DNA of 64,000 nt. Source: the human T2T-CHM13v2.0 reference genome, Homo sapiens. The translations under genes were made by a program, and so were the position numbers. The stretch lies in NCBI RefSeq assembly GCF_009914755.1, contig NC_060941.1. One strand, written 5' to 3'. The notes beneath the pieces were generated by a model. The model saw only the letters and a list, made by a program, of their open reading frames with translations. It was not told the DNA's origin and searched no databases. Positions 11,610 through 28,260 of the stretch are shown here, piece after piece (the stretch's first letter is position 1; each line of letters opens with the position of its first letter).

Positions 11610-12945
11610 AATACTGAAAACATTATATGTAATCTACTAGCCAGAGTAATTGTACAAGGCAAAGAAATGAAAGGCATCCAAATAGCAAAGGAAGGGGTGA
11701 GATTGTCTCTGTTTTCTGAAAATGTAATCTTAACATAAAGAAAATCTTAGACTCCACCAAAAAAAACCCGTTAAAGCTGATAAACATATTCAGTAAAGTT
11801 GAGAGTTACAAAATTAACATAAAAATAGTATTCTTGTTTCTATACACCCATGACAAACTATCTGAAAAATAAATTAATAATGTAATTCCATTTATAATAG
11901 CATCAAAACAAATATATAAGTAATTAAAATACTCAGGAGTAATTTTAATGAAGGGTGTGAAAGATGTGTATACTGAAAATTATAGCACATTGATGAAAGA
12001 AGTTGAAAGTGACATAAATAAATAGAAAAATATCCCATATTTATGAATTCAAAAAATAATATTGTCAAAATTTCCGTGCTACCCAAAACAATCTACAGAT
12101 TAAATGGAACCACTATCAAATTCCAATGCCCACAGAAACAGAAAAATTAGTCCTAAAATCTGTATGGAACCACAAAAGACGCTGAAAAAAACAAAGCAAT
12201 CTTGAGCAAAAAGAACAAATCTGGAGGCATCAGACTACCTGATCTTTGATAAAGCAAACAAAACATAAAGTGGGGAAAGGACACCCTATTCAATATATGG
12301 ATGGTGCTGGGATAATTGGCAAGCAACATGCAGAAAAAGGAAACAGTTCTTCAAAAGGTTAAATATAGATTTACCACGTGACTCAGTAAATTCACTCCTG
12401 TGTATACACCAAAAAAAATTAAAACAAATGCCTACACAAAAAGTAGCATACAAGTATTTATAGCAACAAAAAGTAGGAAACAACAGAAATGTTCATCAAC
12501 TGAGGAGTAGATTAATGAAATGTGGTCTGTCCATAAAATATTATATTGGCAATGAAAAAGAAAAAGGTATTAATACATGCTGCAAAAAGGATAAACATTG
12601 AAAACATGGTAAGTGAAAGTAGTGAGTCGCACGTAACTATATATTATTATGATTCCGCTTACATGAAATGTCTAGGATAGGCAAATCCTTCCAGAATAGG
12701 CAAATCCTTAGGAAGTAGATGGATGGTTGCCTAGGGCTGGGAGGGGTTTAAAGAAAGAGTGGGGAAAATGGGGAAAGATTGCTAATGGGTGCAAGGTTTC
12801 TTTTAAGGAGCATGAAAATGTTCTAAAATTATATTGTGGTGATTGCGTATCCACCTAGTTAATGCCCTAAAAAAATTGAATTTTATACTTTATATGAGTG
12901 AATTAAATAATATATAAATTATATCTCAATGAACCTGTGAAAAAA
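11610..12945 (+). mobile_element. Old L1 (L1MB/MC-type) ORF2 pieces and 3' end
   Basis: AAAGGCATCCAAATAG..., CTGGAGGCATCAGACTACCTGA, and a 3'UTR-like tail GGTTGCCTAGGGCTGGG...TTATATCTCAAT. Confidence 0.75.
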
Positions 12946-12979
12946 GTTAAAAAATATGTGATATGCATACACAAAATTT

Positions 12980-13338
12980 CTTCATTTTATTTTGTTTCCA
13001 TAGGTTTTTGGGGAACAGGTGGCGTTTGATTGTAAGAGTAAGTTCCTTAGAGGTAGGTGATTAATGAGATTTTGATGCACCCAACACCTATGCAGTATAC
13101 ACTGTCCAACTTGTAGTCTTTTATTCCTCATGCCCCACACCCTTTCTCCCAAGTCCCCAAAGTCCATTGTAGTATTCTAATGCCTTTGCATCCTCATAGC
13201 TTAGTTCCCACTTACAAGCGAGGGCATACGATGTTTGGTTTTCCATTCTGACATTATTACTTCACTTAGAATAATAGTCTCTGATTCCACCCAGGTTGCT
13301 GTGAATCCCATTTTTTTTCCTTTTGTGGCTGAATAGTA

Positions 13339-13374
<36 letters not shown>

Positions 13375-14450
13375 AATTTCTTAATCTACTTATTGATGGG
13401 CATTTGGGCTGGTTACATATTTTTGCAATTGTGAATTGTGCTGCTATAAACATGCATGTGCAAGCACCTTTTTCATATAATGACTTCTTTTCCTCTGGGT
13501 AGATACCCAGTAATGGAATTGCTGGATTAAATGGTAGTTCTACTTTTGTTCTTTAAGAAATCTGCACACTGTTTACCATAGTGGCTGTACTAGTTTACAT
13601 TCCCACCAGCAGTGTAAAAGTGTTCCCTTTTCACCACATGCCCACCAATATTTATTATTTTTTGATGTTTTGATTATGACCATTCTTGCAGGAGTAAGGT
13701 GGCATGGCTTTTTTTTTTTTTTTTTTTGATAGAGTTTGTTGCCAGGTTGGAGTGCAACCTCTGCCCCCTGAGTTCAAGTGATTCTCCTGTCTCAGCCTCC
13801 CAAGTAGCTGGGACTAGAGGTGCCTGCCACCACACTCGACTAATTTTTGTGTTTTTAGTAGAGATAGGTTTTCACCATGTTGGCCAAGATGGTCGTCGAT
13901 CTCTTGACCTCGGGATCCACCCATCTCAGGCTCCCAAACTGCTGGGGTTTCAGGCGTGAGCTGCGAGCCACCACGCCCGGCCCAGCACCAGCATTCTGGT
14001 TTCGATTAACGTATCTCTGATCATTAGTGATGTTGAGCATTTTTTCATATATTTGTTGGCCATTTTTTATATCTTCTTTTGAGAATTGTCTATTCAAGTC
14101 CTTAGACCATTATTTGAATGGATTGGGGGTTTTTTTTCTGCTAATTTGTCTGAGTTCCTTGTAGATTCTGGATATTAGTCCTTTGTCAGATGTATAGATT
14201 GTGAAGATATTCTCCCATTCTGTGGGTTGTCTGTTTACTCTGCTAATTGTTTCTCTGGCTGTGCAGAAACTTTTTGGTTTAATTAAGTCTCACCTGTTTA
14301 TCTTCATTTTGTTGTTGTCGCACTTGCTTTAGGGTTCTTGATCATGAAGTCTTTGCCTAAGCCAGTGTCTAGAAGGGTTTTTCCAATGTTATCTTCTATA
14401 ATTTTTATGGTTTCAGGTCTCAGGTTTAAGTTGATCTTTGTTTAAGGTAA
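12980..14450 (-). mobile_element. L1PB-type 3' portion, interrupted by an Alu and a (TA)n at 13341-13371
   Basis: TTTCCATAGGTTTTTGGGGAACAGGTGGCGTTTG is a typical reversed L1PB 3' end; ORF 13855..14097 begins MNRQFSKEDI. Confidence 0.82.
13709..13982 (-). mobile_element. Alu (S-type), internally deleted
   Basis: Poly-T 13709-13727; GGAGTGCAACCTCTG shows loss of the segment between two TGCA microhomologies. Confidence 0.9.
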
Positions 14451-14687
14451 GAAGTGAGATACCCATTGTTTCTCTTTTAATACATTTAAAACAAGCAAAC
14501 CTTCTACCCAGTTTAGATTTATTATTCTTCATTGATTGTTTCATTCTCTTGGAGAACATTCTGGCAGTAAAGTAATAGATACATTGCATCCATCATTGTG
14601 TGTCAAAAGGCCATCAGGTCGATGGCTCTTTTTGAACTATGTTGTTTCAGAAAACCATAGCTGAGTATTATAGGCAGAAGTTTGACA

Positions 14688-14988
14688 TTTTCTTTGTTTT
14701 TTTTTTTAATTTTATTTTATTATTATTATACTTTAAGTTTTAGGGTACATGTGCACAATGTGCAGGGTAGTTACATATGTATACATGTGCCATGCTGATG
14801 TGCAGCCCCCATTAACTGGTCATTTAGCATTAGGTATATCTCCTAATGCTATCCCTCCCCCCTCCCCCCACCACACAACAGTCCCCAGAGTGTGATGTTC
14901 CCCTTCCTGTGTCCATGTGTTCTCATTGTTCAATTCCCACCTATGAGTGAGAATATGTGGTGTTTGGTTTTTTTGTTCTTGCGATAGT
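14688..14988 (-). mobile_element. 5'-truncated L1PA3-like 3' end
   Basis: T-rich tail, then TACTTTAAGTTTTAGGGTACATGTGCAC...TTTAGCATTAGGTATATCTCCTAATG...GAGAATATG. Confidence 0.9.
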
Positions 14989-15592
14989 CAATTGACTTTT
15001 ACGTGTTTCTGAAGTGAGGCTTGTGCTTCAATTGCAGAAGAAATAGCTTTTATAATATTGGAGAAACAAAATAGAAATTAATATAAAATTTGGATAACAA
15101 TAGCTTCAATGAAAGTGAGAATTGTATTTTAGTGGTATTATAATATTTTAAATCCATTGAAATAGAATCTGAAATAGAAATTTATGGAAAAAGGTACAGA
15201 AATAGAATAATGTCTACCAAATCAAGGTAGTAATGAATAAAATTTACACATAAAAACTCAGAACTGGAACATGTTTAAGGAAATCAAATATTATTAAAGA
15301 AGAAATATATAACTGTAATTTGCAATTTATGATATACATATATGTTATGTGTATATAAACACATGACTGCTTATTATACTTGCTTAATTTATCTCTTGCT
15401 CCTGGCTCCAGAAAAAATGAAAAAACTCTTTTGTCCATGAGTATATGAATAGCATTTATCATAAAGCTGTGGCAAAGTAGGCATTTAATAGTATTTGATA
15501 CTGAATATGTTAAAATACTAAAAATAAAAATACTTTTACCATTTTATACTTTTTAATGTTTAAAATGCTGTTTTGCAGGGGGATTTGTGGAG

Positions 15593-15800
15593 TTTTGTTT
15601 TTTTTTTTTTTAGTTAAAACAAATTTACTCCTTTATTTTCGCTAACTTCTAAAAGAAATTTAGCACTTCCTTCAGTTATGAATGTAAACAAAAGACAGTG
15701 GCAGTATCTCTGATTTTGTCATCAACAGGTATCGCAGATATTTTCATGTCATATTACAGATTTGTAGACATCTTGAAATACTGTTTAATCGTTATCACTA
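15593..15800 (-). other. Putative L1 3'-transduced segment with its own polyadenylation signal and poly(A) tail
   Basis: Second poly-T at 15593-15611; TTTATT (AATAAA on minus) at 15632-15637; TSD-like GTGGAG(A)TTTT at 15587 and 21816. Confidence 0.75.
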
Positions 15801-16008
15801 TTTTTTTTTATTAAAGTTTTAGGGTACATGTGCACATTGTGCAGGTTAGTTACATATGTATACATGTGCCATGCTGGTGCGCTGCACCCACCAACTCGTC
15901 ATCTAGCATTAGGTATATCTCCCAATGCTATCCCTCCCCCCTCTCCCCACCCCACAACAGTCCCCAGAGTGTGATATTCCCCTTCCTGTGTCCATGTGAT
16001 TTCATTGT

Positions 16009-19833
<3,825 letters not shown>

Positions 19834-19896
19834 TATGATGTTAGCTGGTTATTTTGCTCGTTAGTTGATGCAGTTTCTTCCTAGTCTCGATGGTCT

Positions 19897-20913
19897 TTAC
19901 ATTTTGGCATGATTTTGCAGTGACTGGTACCGGTTGTTCCTTTCCATGTTTAGTGCTTCCTTCAGGAGCTCTTTTAGGGCAGGCCTGGTGGTGACAAAAT
20001 CTCTCAGCATTTGCTTATCTGTAAAGTATTTTATTTCTCCTTCACTTATGAAGCTTAGTTTGGCTGGATATGAAATTCTGGGTTGAAAATTCTTTTCTTT
20101 AAGAATGTTGAATATTGGCCCCCACTCTCTTCTGGCGTGTAGGGTTTCTGCTGAGAGATCCGCTATTAGTCTGATGGGCTTCCCTTTGAGGGTAACCTGA
20201 CCTTTCTCTCTGGCTGCCCTTAACATTTTTTCCTTCATTTCAACTTTGGTGAATCTGACAATTATGTGTCTTGGAGTTGCTCTTCTTGAGGAGTATCTTT
20301 GTGGCGTTCTCTGTATTTCCTGAATCTGAACGTTGGCCTGCCTTGCTAGATTGGGGAAGTTCTCCTGGATAATATCCTGCAGAGTGTTTTCCAACTTGGT
20401 TTCATTCTCCCCATCGCTTTCAGGTACCCCAGTCAGATGTAGATTTGGTCTTTTCACATAGTCCCATATTTCTTGGAGGCTTTGCTCATTTCTTTTTATT
20501 CTTTCTTCTCTAAACTTCCCTTCTTGCTTTGTTTCATTCATTTCATCTTCCATCGCTGATACCCTTTCTTCCAATTGATCACGTCAGCTCCTGAGGCTTC
20601 TGCATTCTTCACGTACTTCTGGAGCCTTGGTTTTCAGCTCCATCAGCATCTTTAAGCACTTCTCTGTATTGATTATTCTAGTTATACAGTCTTCTAAATT
20701 TTTTTCAAAGTTTTCAACTTCTTTGCCTTTGGTTTGAATGTCCTCCTGTAGCTCAGAGTAATTTGATCGTCTGAAGCCTTCTTCTCTCAGCTCGTCAAAG
20801 TCATTCTCTGTCCAGCTTTGTTCCGTTGCTGGTGAGGAACTGCGTTCCTTTGGAGGAGGAGAGGCACTTTGCTTTTTAGAGTTTCCAGTTTTTCTGTTCT
20901 GTTTTTTCCCCAT
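19897..20913 (-). pseudogene. L1 ORF1 with a single in-frame premature stop
   Basis: MGKKQNRKTGNSK...CRSLRS* (TGA at 20584-20586, a CGA>TGA change); the same frame continues as EERVSAMEDE...LQNHAKM. Confidence 0.95.
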
Positions 20914-21364
20914 CTTTGTGGTTTTATCTACTTTTGGTCTTTGATGATGGTGATGTACAGATGGGTTTTTGGTGTGGATGTCCTTTCTGTTTGTTAGTTT
21001 TCTTTCTAACAGACAGGACCCTCAGCTACATGTCTGTTGGAATACCCTGCCGTGTGAGGTGTCAGTGTGCCCCTGCTGGGGGGTGCCTCCCAGTTAGGCT
21101 GCTCGGGGGTCAGGGGTCAGGGACCCACTTGAGGAGGCAGTCTGCCCGTTCTCAGATCTCCAGCTGCATGCTGGGAGAACCACTGCTCTCTTCAAAGCTG
21201 TCAGACAGGGACATTTAAGTCTGCAGAGGTTACTGCTGTCTTTTTGTTTGTGCCCTGCTCCCAGAGGTGGAGCCTACAGAGGCAGGCAGGCCTCCTTGAG
21301 CTGTGGTGGGCTCCACCCAGTTGGAGTTTCCGGGCTGCTTTGTTTACCTAAGCAAGCCTGGGCA

Positions 21365-21673
21365 ATGGTGGGCGCCCCTCCCCCAGCCTCGCTGCCGCCT
21401 TGCAGTTTGATCTCAGACTGCTGTGCTAGCAATCAGCGAGACTCCGTGGGCGTAGGACCCTCTGAGCCAGGTGCGGGATGTAATCTCCTGGTGCGCCGTT
21501 TTTCAAGCCCGTCGGAAAAGCGCAGTATTCGGGTGGGAGTGACCCGATTTTCCAGGTGCCGTCGGTCACCCCTTTCTTTGACTCGGAAAGGGAACTCCCT
21601 GACCCCTTGCACTTCCCAAGTGAGGCAATGCCTCGCCCTGCTTCAGCTGGCACACGGTGCGCACACCCACTGA
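21365..21673 (+). CDS. L1 antisense ORF0 (open, 102 aa)
   Basis: GCAATGG start in strong Kozak context; MVGAPPPASLPPCSLISDCCASNQRDSVGVGPSEPG... matches primate L1 ORF0. Confidence 0.6.
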   Translation: MVGAPPPASLPPCSLISDCCASNQRDSVGVGPSEPGAGCNLLVRRFSSPSEKRSIRVGVTRFSRCRRSPLSLTRKGNSLTPCTSQVRQCLALLQLAHGAHTH

Positions 21674-23259
21674 CCTGCGCCCGCTGTCTGGCACTTCCTA
21701 GTGAGATGAACCGGGTACCTCAGATGGAAATGGAGAAATCACCGTCTTCTGCGTCGCTCACGCTGGGAGCTGTAGACCGGAGCTTTTCCTATTCGGCCAT
21801 CTTGGCTCCTCCCCCGTGGAGATTTTTTTAAATAAAGATTTGAAATAACTTTCTCTTTTAGTAATAATAAATTATATTTTAAATAATATGCTCAAGTTTT
21901 AAAAGTGCTGTAAGTCCTTCTCTGTGTACCTAAGACATTTCTGTGTCACTACACTTAAAAGGATATGAGGCTGAGCCTTCAGCTTTATATTTTTCAACCA
22001 TGATTTTATTCCTCATACATGCATATTTACATTTCTATGTAACAATATATTTCAGATATAATTTTTTCATGCAAAAAATCACATGAGATTGTTTTAAAAT
22101 TATGATTTCATTGTTTGATGAGTATACAAAATCATGAAAAGAATACTTGAAAAGAGAAAATTTTCATGTCCCCAAGATTCTTGCTATTTAGAGTTCAGGT
22201 GAGTTTATGATGAACTTTCTTTCAGGCCATTCAAATAAAAATGTAGCACAAATAGCTTATTATTTAATAATTATTAATACCATATAGGTTCATATGTTTT
22301 CATATGCACAACTAGATAGATGACAGATAGATAAATAGATAATTATAGACCAGTATCGATATTTCCAATACAAACACTCTAATATGTGACAGTTCTCAAT
22401 TCTCTACCCTTCTGTATAATAAATTCCTTGAAGGATTAGAGTAAGTATTCTACACGTACTCCTTTTCAATCCACTTGCATAGTAAGAGTGTGTACAAATG
22501 ATGACTAATAATGATGAGGCCATTTTGATTCAGTTTCATCAGAGGTGTAAAATGGTAGTCATGAAAAACATAAGACATCTTTAATTTTTCCTTTTTGAGA
22601 TTTTGTGGATTTGTTTTTGTCCTGACATTAGTACAAAGAAAATCTGTTTCTCTCCTCGGACAATTAAAATACTGTTGTTATGTAATAAATCAACAAGAAC
22701 ACAAATTATGAAAATTATGAAAAACGTTGGTAATTTTGCAGAAATATCCTCAATACATATTTCAATTACTTAACCTTTCTAAGATGTTACTTTTTTTACT
22801 CCAATTGTATTACTTATTTTTCTTACAGCATTTTGTATATCTTATGTATCTGTTTAAAATTCTTATCATAATTATATTAAATAAATATCTCTAACATAAA
22901 TTATTCAAAACAACATTTTACCTTGATAGGTATTATTAATGATGTTCTCAATTGTCTTAACAGGTCAAGGAAACAAAACATTGACCAAAAAGAATATTAA
23001 AAAAATCAATAAATTTTATTTTGAATAGGTGAAACCCAGTTATACCACTGACTGACAAAATATGAGATAAAGTTCCTTTAGTATCTTTACTCAAGTACTG
23101 CAACTTTATTTGTCAGATATTTTTTCTCATGTAAAGGCTTAAGTTGTGTAATACCAGAGACTGAGACTCAAACTTGAGTCTGACTCCACAGCCATAGTAG
23201 GCTTTACTGCATCATGCTGCCTCACCATTGACAATAGGAAGGCCTCTGGTCTGGGGTTA

Positions 23260-23863
23260 TGTTACCAGAAAGGGGTTCCAATCCAGACCCCAAGAGAGGG
23301 TTCTTGATCCTTGTACAAGAATTTATTTATTAAGAAAGTAAAGGAATAAAGAATTGCTACTCCATAGGCAAGCAGTGGCGTGGGCTGCTTAACTGAGTAT
23401 ACTTATAGTTATTTCTTGATCATGTGCTAATCGAGGGGTAGATTATTCAAGAGTGTTCCAGGAAAGGGGTGGGGTGGGCAATTCCTGGAATTGAGGTTCC
23501 TCCCTGCTGTTTTAGACCATATAGGGCAACTTCCAAATGTTGCCATGGCATTTGTAAGCTCTCATGGCTCTGGTGGGAGTGTCTTTCAGCATGCTAATGC
23601 ATTATAATTAGCTAATAATGAGTACTGACGATGACCAGAGGTGACTTTCTTCACCATCTTGGTTTGGGCATGTTTTGGCAGCTTCTTTACCATAATCTGT
23701 TTTATCAGCAGGATTTTTGTGACTTGTACTTTGAGCTAACATCCTATCTCATCCTGTGACTAAGAATGTCTAATCCCCTGGATATGCAGCCCAACAGGTC
23801 TCAGCCTTATTTTTCCCAGCCCCTCTTCATAATGGAGTATCTTTGGTTCAAATGCCTCTGATA
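23260..23863 (-). mobile_element. MER41 (MER41B-like) solo LTR
   Basis: Left TGTTACCAGAAAGGGG...CAGACCCCAAGAGAGGGTTCTTG and right CAGCCTTATTT...TTGGTTCAAATGCCTCTGATA match the reverse-complemented MER41 termini. Confidence 0.88.
23456..23490. promoter_or_regulatory. Tandem GAS (STAT1) motifs in MER41
   Basis: TTCCAGGAA 23456-23464 and TTCCTGGAA 23482-23490. Confidence 0.65.
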
Positions 23864-23999
23864 AAACCAATAAGTTTTCATGATGTATAAATCTGAGGCT
23901 GTGGGTCTTTATATATTGAATATAACTTTGTGAGATAGTCCTAAGTAGTCTCTTTGGAGTACACATGCATCAACATAATTATAATTCCTTACGGACCTA

Positions 24000-24862
24000 T
24001 CTGACCACCCAATGGGTTCATCTTGCCCAGATATAGCTGATTTATCAAGAGAGGGGAGTTGCAATAGAGAGAGTTTAATACATGTAGAGCTGGCTAAATG
24101 GGAGACTAAAGTTTTATTACTACTCAAATCAGCCTCCCACAAAATGTGGAGGCTAGGGCTTTTCAAGGGCAGTTTGGCAGGCAGAGGGCTAGGAAAATTG
24201 CTGATTGGTTGATAAGGTGTACAAAATGGTCCTTCTGGACTGAGTGTGCTTCTGAGTTGGAGCCACAGAGTAGTCCCTGGCCTAGGTGGAGTCATCAGGT
24301 TTTCAGAAATGCAAAAGTCTGTAAAAACACCTTAAAAAGCCAATCTTAGGTTCTAAAATAGTGATGTTAATTACAGAAATAATTAGAGAAGTTGCAGATC
24401 TTGTAACCTCTAGAACAATGACTGGTAATTGTTTAAGCCTAAGTTGTGTAATACTAAGCAGAGGGACTGAGACTCAAACCTGGGTCTGACTTCACAGCCA
24501 TAGTAGGTTCTACTGCATCATGCTGCCTCTCCATTGACAGTAGGAAGACATATGGTCTGAGGTTATATAACCAGAGAGAGGTCGCAATCCAGACCCCAAG
24601 ACAGGGGTCTTAGCAATATTCAGGCCCCTCTCAGCCTCCTAACCTGGTGGACTTTCATTAGTTTTACAAAGGCAGTTTAGTTTCTGGGAAGGGCTATTAT
24701 CATGTAAACTATAAACTAAATTTCTCCCAAAGTTAGCTTGGCCCATGCCCAGGAATGACTAAGAGCAATTTAGAGGTTAAAGGCAAGATGGAGTAGGTTA
24801 GGTCAGATCTCTTTCACTGTCATAATTTTCTCCCTGTTACCATTTTTGCAAAGGCAGTTTCA
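24000..24862 (-). mobile_element. LTR8A-like solo LTR carrying a ~170-bp foreign insert at 24441-24611
   Basis: ACCACCCAATGGGTTCATCTTGCCC...TTATTACTACTCAAATCAGCCTCCC and terminal TTTTGCAAAGGCAGTTTCA. Confidence 0.82.
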
Positions 24863-25704
24863 CTACTGTTCGGTTAAATGAATTTGATCACTAAATAATT
24901 TGTGCAATCTTCTAAAACTGGAAAAAAATACATTTTGATTTAGTACCTTTTTACATCAACACTATGTTTATTCAAGTTAAAGAAACATAGTTATTTTAGA
25001 AGGGATATAAATGAGACCAACCATAGTTTCTAAGGGAAAACATTGAGGTTAAGGAAAGCAGTAATTTAAGAACTATAAGAAAATACAGAAAGTTCTACAT
25101 CTAATGGAATTTATAATTGTGTGATCTATCCACATTAATATATCTAAAGTCTGGTATTCCTGACTCCATTTAAATTAGATTAAATAATTTAAGTCCAACA
25201 TCGTAGATTCCCCTCAAGTACATTTGCTGCTGTTTTGATGTTAATTATCCACATCACTCAGATAATTACCACCTAACTTGTTTATAGCACAAGGTATGCT
25301 GTAACTTTTTATCTCAAGGAAGCTTAAGTATTTCTTTTATCATGGGCCAGAGCAGTTTTCAATGTCACTTAATTGTGTCCTAGAAAATTACTAGAATAAT
25401 AAGCACATTCACAGGGTTAAATATTAACAGATGAGGCAATTACTTGAAGGGAAAACTGCAAATCATTTTAACAATTCTTTTCTTGCACTTTTTTAAAGCA
25501 GCATTTGCCAAATGCGATCCTCAGATCACTTAGCCTGAGAAGATAACGTCTGTTAAAAATTTTTCTATGGTGAAAATAATTTTGACAGCTCAGGAAAATG
25601 ATATGAAAATTTGTAATAGTAATCAAAGGGTTAGAGAAGTTCTGCCATCAAGAAAAATGCTAAAAACTTGTTTTTCTAATATTGTTTTATAACCTTCCTA
25701 ATAA

Positions 25705-25921
25705 CAGTTTGCAGAGTTTTTCTATAAAGGGCAAGAGGGTAAATAGTTTGGGCTTTGTAGGCTGTATGGGTCTCTCTGGCATCTACTCAACTCTTCCTTT
25801 ATAGTGCAAAAGCAGACTTAGATATAACAGAAACAAATACGTGGCTGGGTTCCAATACAACTTTATCAAATCAGCCCACTGGGCTGGATTTGGCCTGTGT
25901 GCTGGAATTTTCCAACCCCCG
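25705..25921 (+). mobile_element. MER58A-like hAT MITE
   Basis: TTTTCTATAAAGGGC...TAAATAGTTTGGGCTTTGTAGGC...GTTCCAATACAACTTTAT...GGATTTGGCC. Confidence 0.75.
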
Positions 25922-27398
25922 ACAATATTATGCAGAGGTAGTTTTTAAAAATGTCTGATTTGGAAATCTCTGTTTTAGATTTTATACATAAATATCAAAC
26001 TCTCTAAAATTGTATCTACAAGATAGCCCTTCCTCTTTGCTTACTCTCATTCTTGAGAAATTTGTAGCAGTAGAGGAGGGCATGAAGAAGGGAATCACTT
26101 TTTGCAGAGAATAAACTCTTTCAGCCTTGGTACCCATAGCTATCCCACCACTATCACCTTTGTGCTATATACTGTATGACTAAGGAAAATGAGTCACATA
26201 CTCTTCCTGCCCTCAAGGAGCTAGCTGTATGGTCTACTGGGAGTGAGGGTGATAATTTTGCAAATGACAAGGAATGTGTCTACTCCACATAATAGTACAA
26301 TAAAATGTGTGATATTAATGCCACATGAGCAGTAACAATTTCCCCAAGGGGATTAAAAGGAAGAACATAATTTTGGTTACAAGTACCAGGCAAGGCTTTA
26401 AATGAGAGATAATGCAGGCAAGGCTTTAAATAAGAGATATTGCTGTAGATAAGCTTGTAAAGAGTATTCCTAGTCATCAACAGGCAGCACTGCAGAGGAG
26501 AAAATTGTGAGAAAGTATTGCTGCTAGATGGAAAAGCATAAATAAGGAAAAGGAGGTGGCAATGGTAGCAAATAGTCACTTAGCAGGAGCATATAGTGTT
26601 AGTCTGAAAAGTCAGTCTGCATCAACAAGATACTTATAAGGTACCATATACTTGATCCAACAGAAATGCAAAGGTGCTGAAGAACGTTAGCATGATAGGG
26701 ACCCCTTTTATTCTTTGATTGAGGGGTGCCCATTTGCACTTAGGTAAGAATGGTGCATATTTAAAATGCCTGATGATGCTGTTAATATTGTCTGTCCTAA
26801 GTAGTGACATAGCACATGTGTTAAGTAGTTTCAAGAGTTTTGGGGACCAAAAAAGCATTATTTGGATATTTCAGATGTGAATGAATATAAACAACAGTAA
26901 AACCTACAACACCTCCCTTCCCTCTGCCTCCACCTCCCACCAAGACAAATCCAGAGGATGGCAGTTGCTAGTGTGTTTTCAGTAGTGCAAACATGTCAGG
27001 GCTGCCTCCCGGATTGCTTTCAACTTTCCTTTAGGTGGACAGATTACTGCTGGCTCTCTAGTCATTGTGCTCAGATTTAAAGCAAGAAAAAAGTAAAATC
27101 TGCACGAAAGCTTGCTTCTTTACTGTGAGAAAGCCAAACTTTCTCAGAAGCACAAATTTTTACATTGATATTTTATGACCCAGAACTGGATGACAGGGCC
27201 ACTTCTCACTGCTAGTGAAACAGAGAAAAAATTATTTGGCTTTCTCTTTCATGTGGGAATTGAAAGGGTAGAAGAAGATTTAGAGTAGCTTTAAAGATGC
27301 CTAAAGGTGTCCAAATAAATGTTTAAGTATTTTATGAGAAAGTTCAGAAGCACCTAAGAGTTTTAGGCAAACTACATCATATATTTATTTTTCACCTT

Positions 27399-27724
27399 AA
27401 TAAATATAACCTGATAATTTTATTGAGAGAGGAAAAAAACTGTCTTTTGCAAAAGGATAAACAAAGATGTAATATATATGTTTTATATATAATATCTTTA
27501 TATATATTTCTTTATATATACATACACATAATATATAATGTCTATATATAATATAGATATATCTTAAATATATCTTTATAAAGATATGTAATTATATATC
27601 TTTATATATCTCTTTAAGACGTATATATATATTTACACATTTACAAAACACAGTTTTTCTTTTCTCTCTCAATAAATTTACCAGGTTATATTTATTTTGT
27701 CACATCCTAGCCTAACAAATCTTG

Positions 27725-27764
<40 letters not shown>

Positions 27765-27977
27765 CATAGATCTTTATATAGTGTATATATAGGTAGATCT
27801 AGATATATATCTTTATAATATATATAATTTGTTTGTATGCATATATATGTGTGTGTATATATATATACACACACATACATATATATGATAATCTTACCTC
27901 CTAAAGGAAATTTGAAGAGATATGTATAACTATATATAGATACAACTGGATTTATTAGTCTAGGATGTGACAAAATA
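27399..27977. repeat. Two adjacent inverted repeats enclosing TA-rich and (TG)n microsatellites
   Basis: Arms 27399-27449/27644-27696 and 27693-27721/27949-27977; (TG)n at ~27728-27762. Confidence 0.88.
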
Positions 27978-28039
27978 TTCAATTTGAAACTGTATTAGCA
28001 GCTTTTTAGATTTCATTTATGAGTGGTGCATTATAATAT

Positions 28040-28260
28040 GAAGGAGTTGTAAAACTTTTAAGGATTTTGCAGTCCGAAGATATGAAATATAATCCCAAGT
28101 CCACCATTCACTAGCTATTTGTCTGTACTAAAGTCATTTAGCCACTAAGGACATCAGCCTCCCTTTCATCATTTTTAAAATGAGGATAATAATAACTGCC
28201 CTTCACACTGTGTAGGTTTGTTGCAAGGCCCAAATGAGGTGATATTTTTAAAATTGCTTC
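28040..28260 (+). mobile_element. MIR
   Basis: AATCCCAAGTCCACCATTCACTAGCT...TAAAATGAGGATAATAATA...AAATGAGGTGATAT. Confidence 0.65.
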
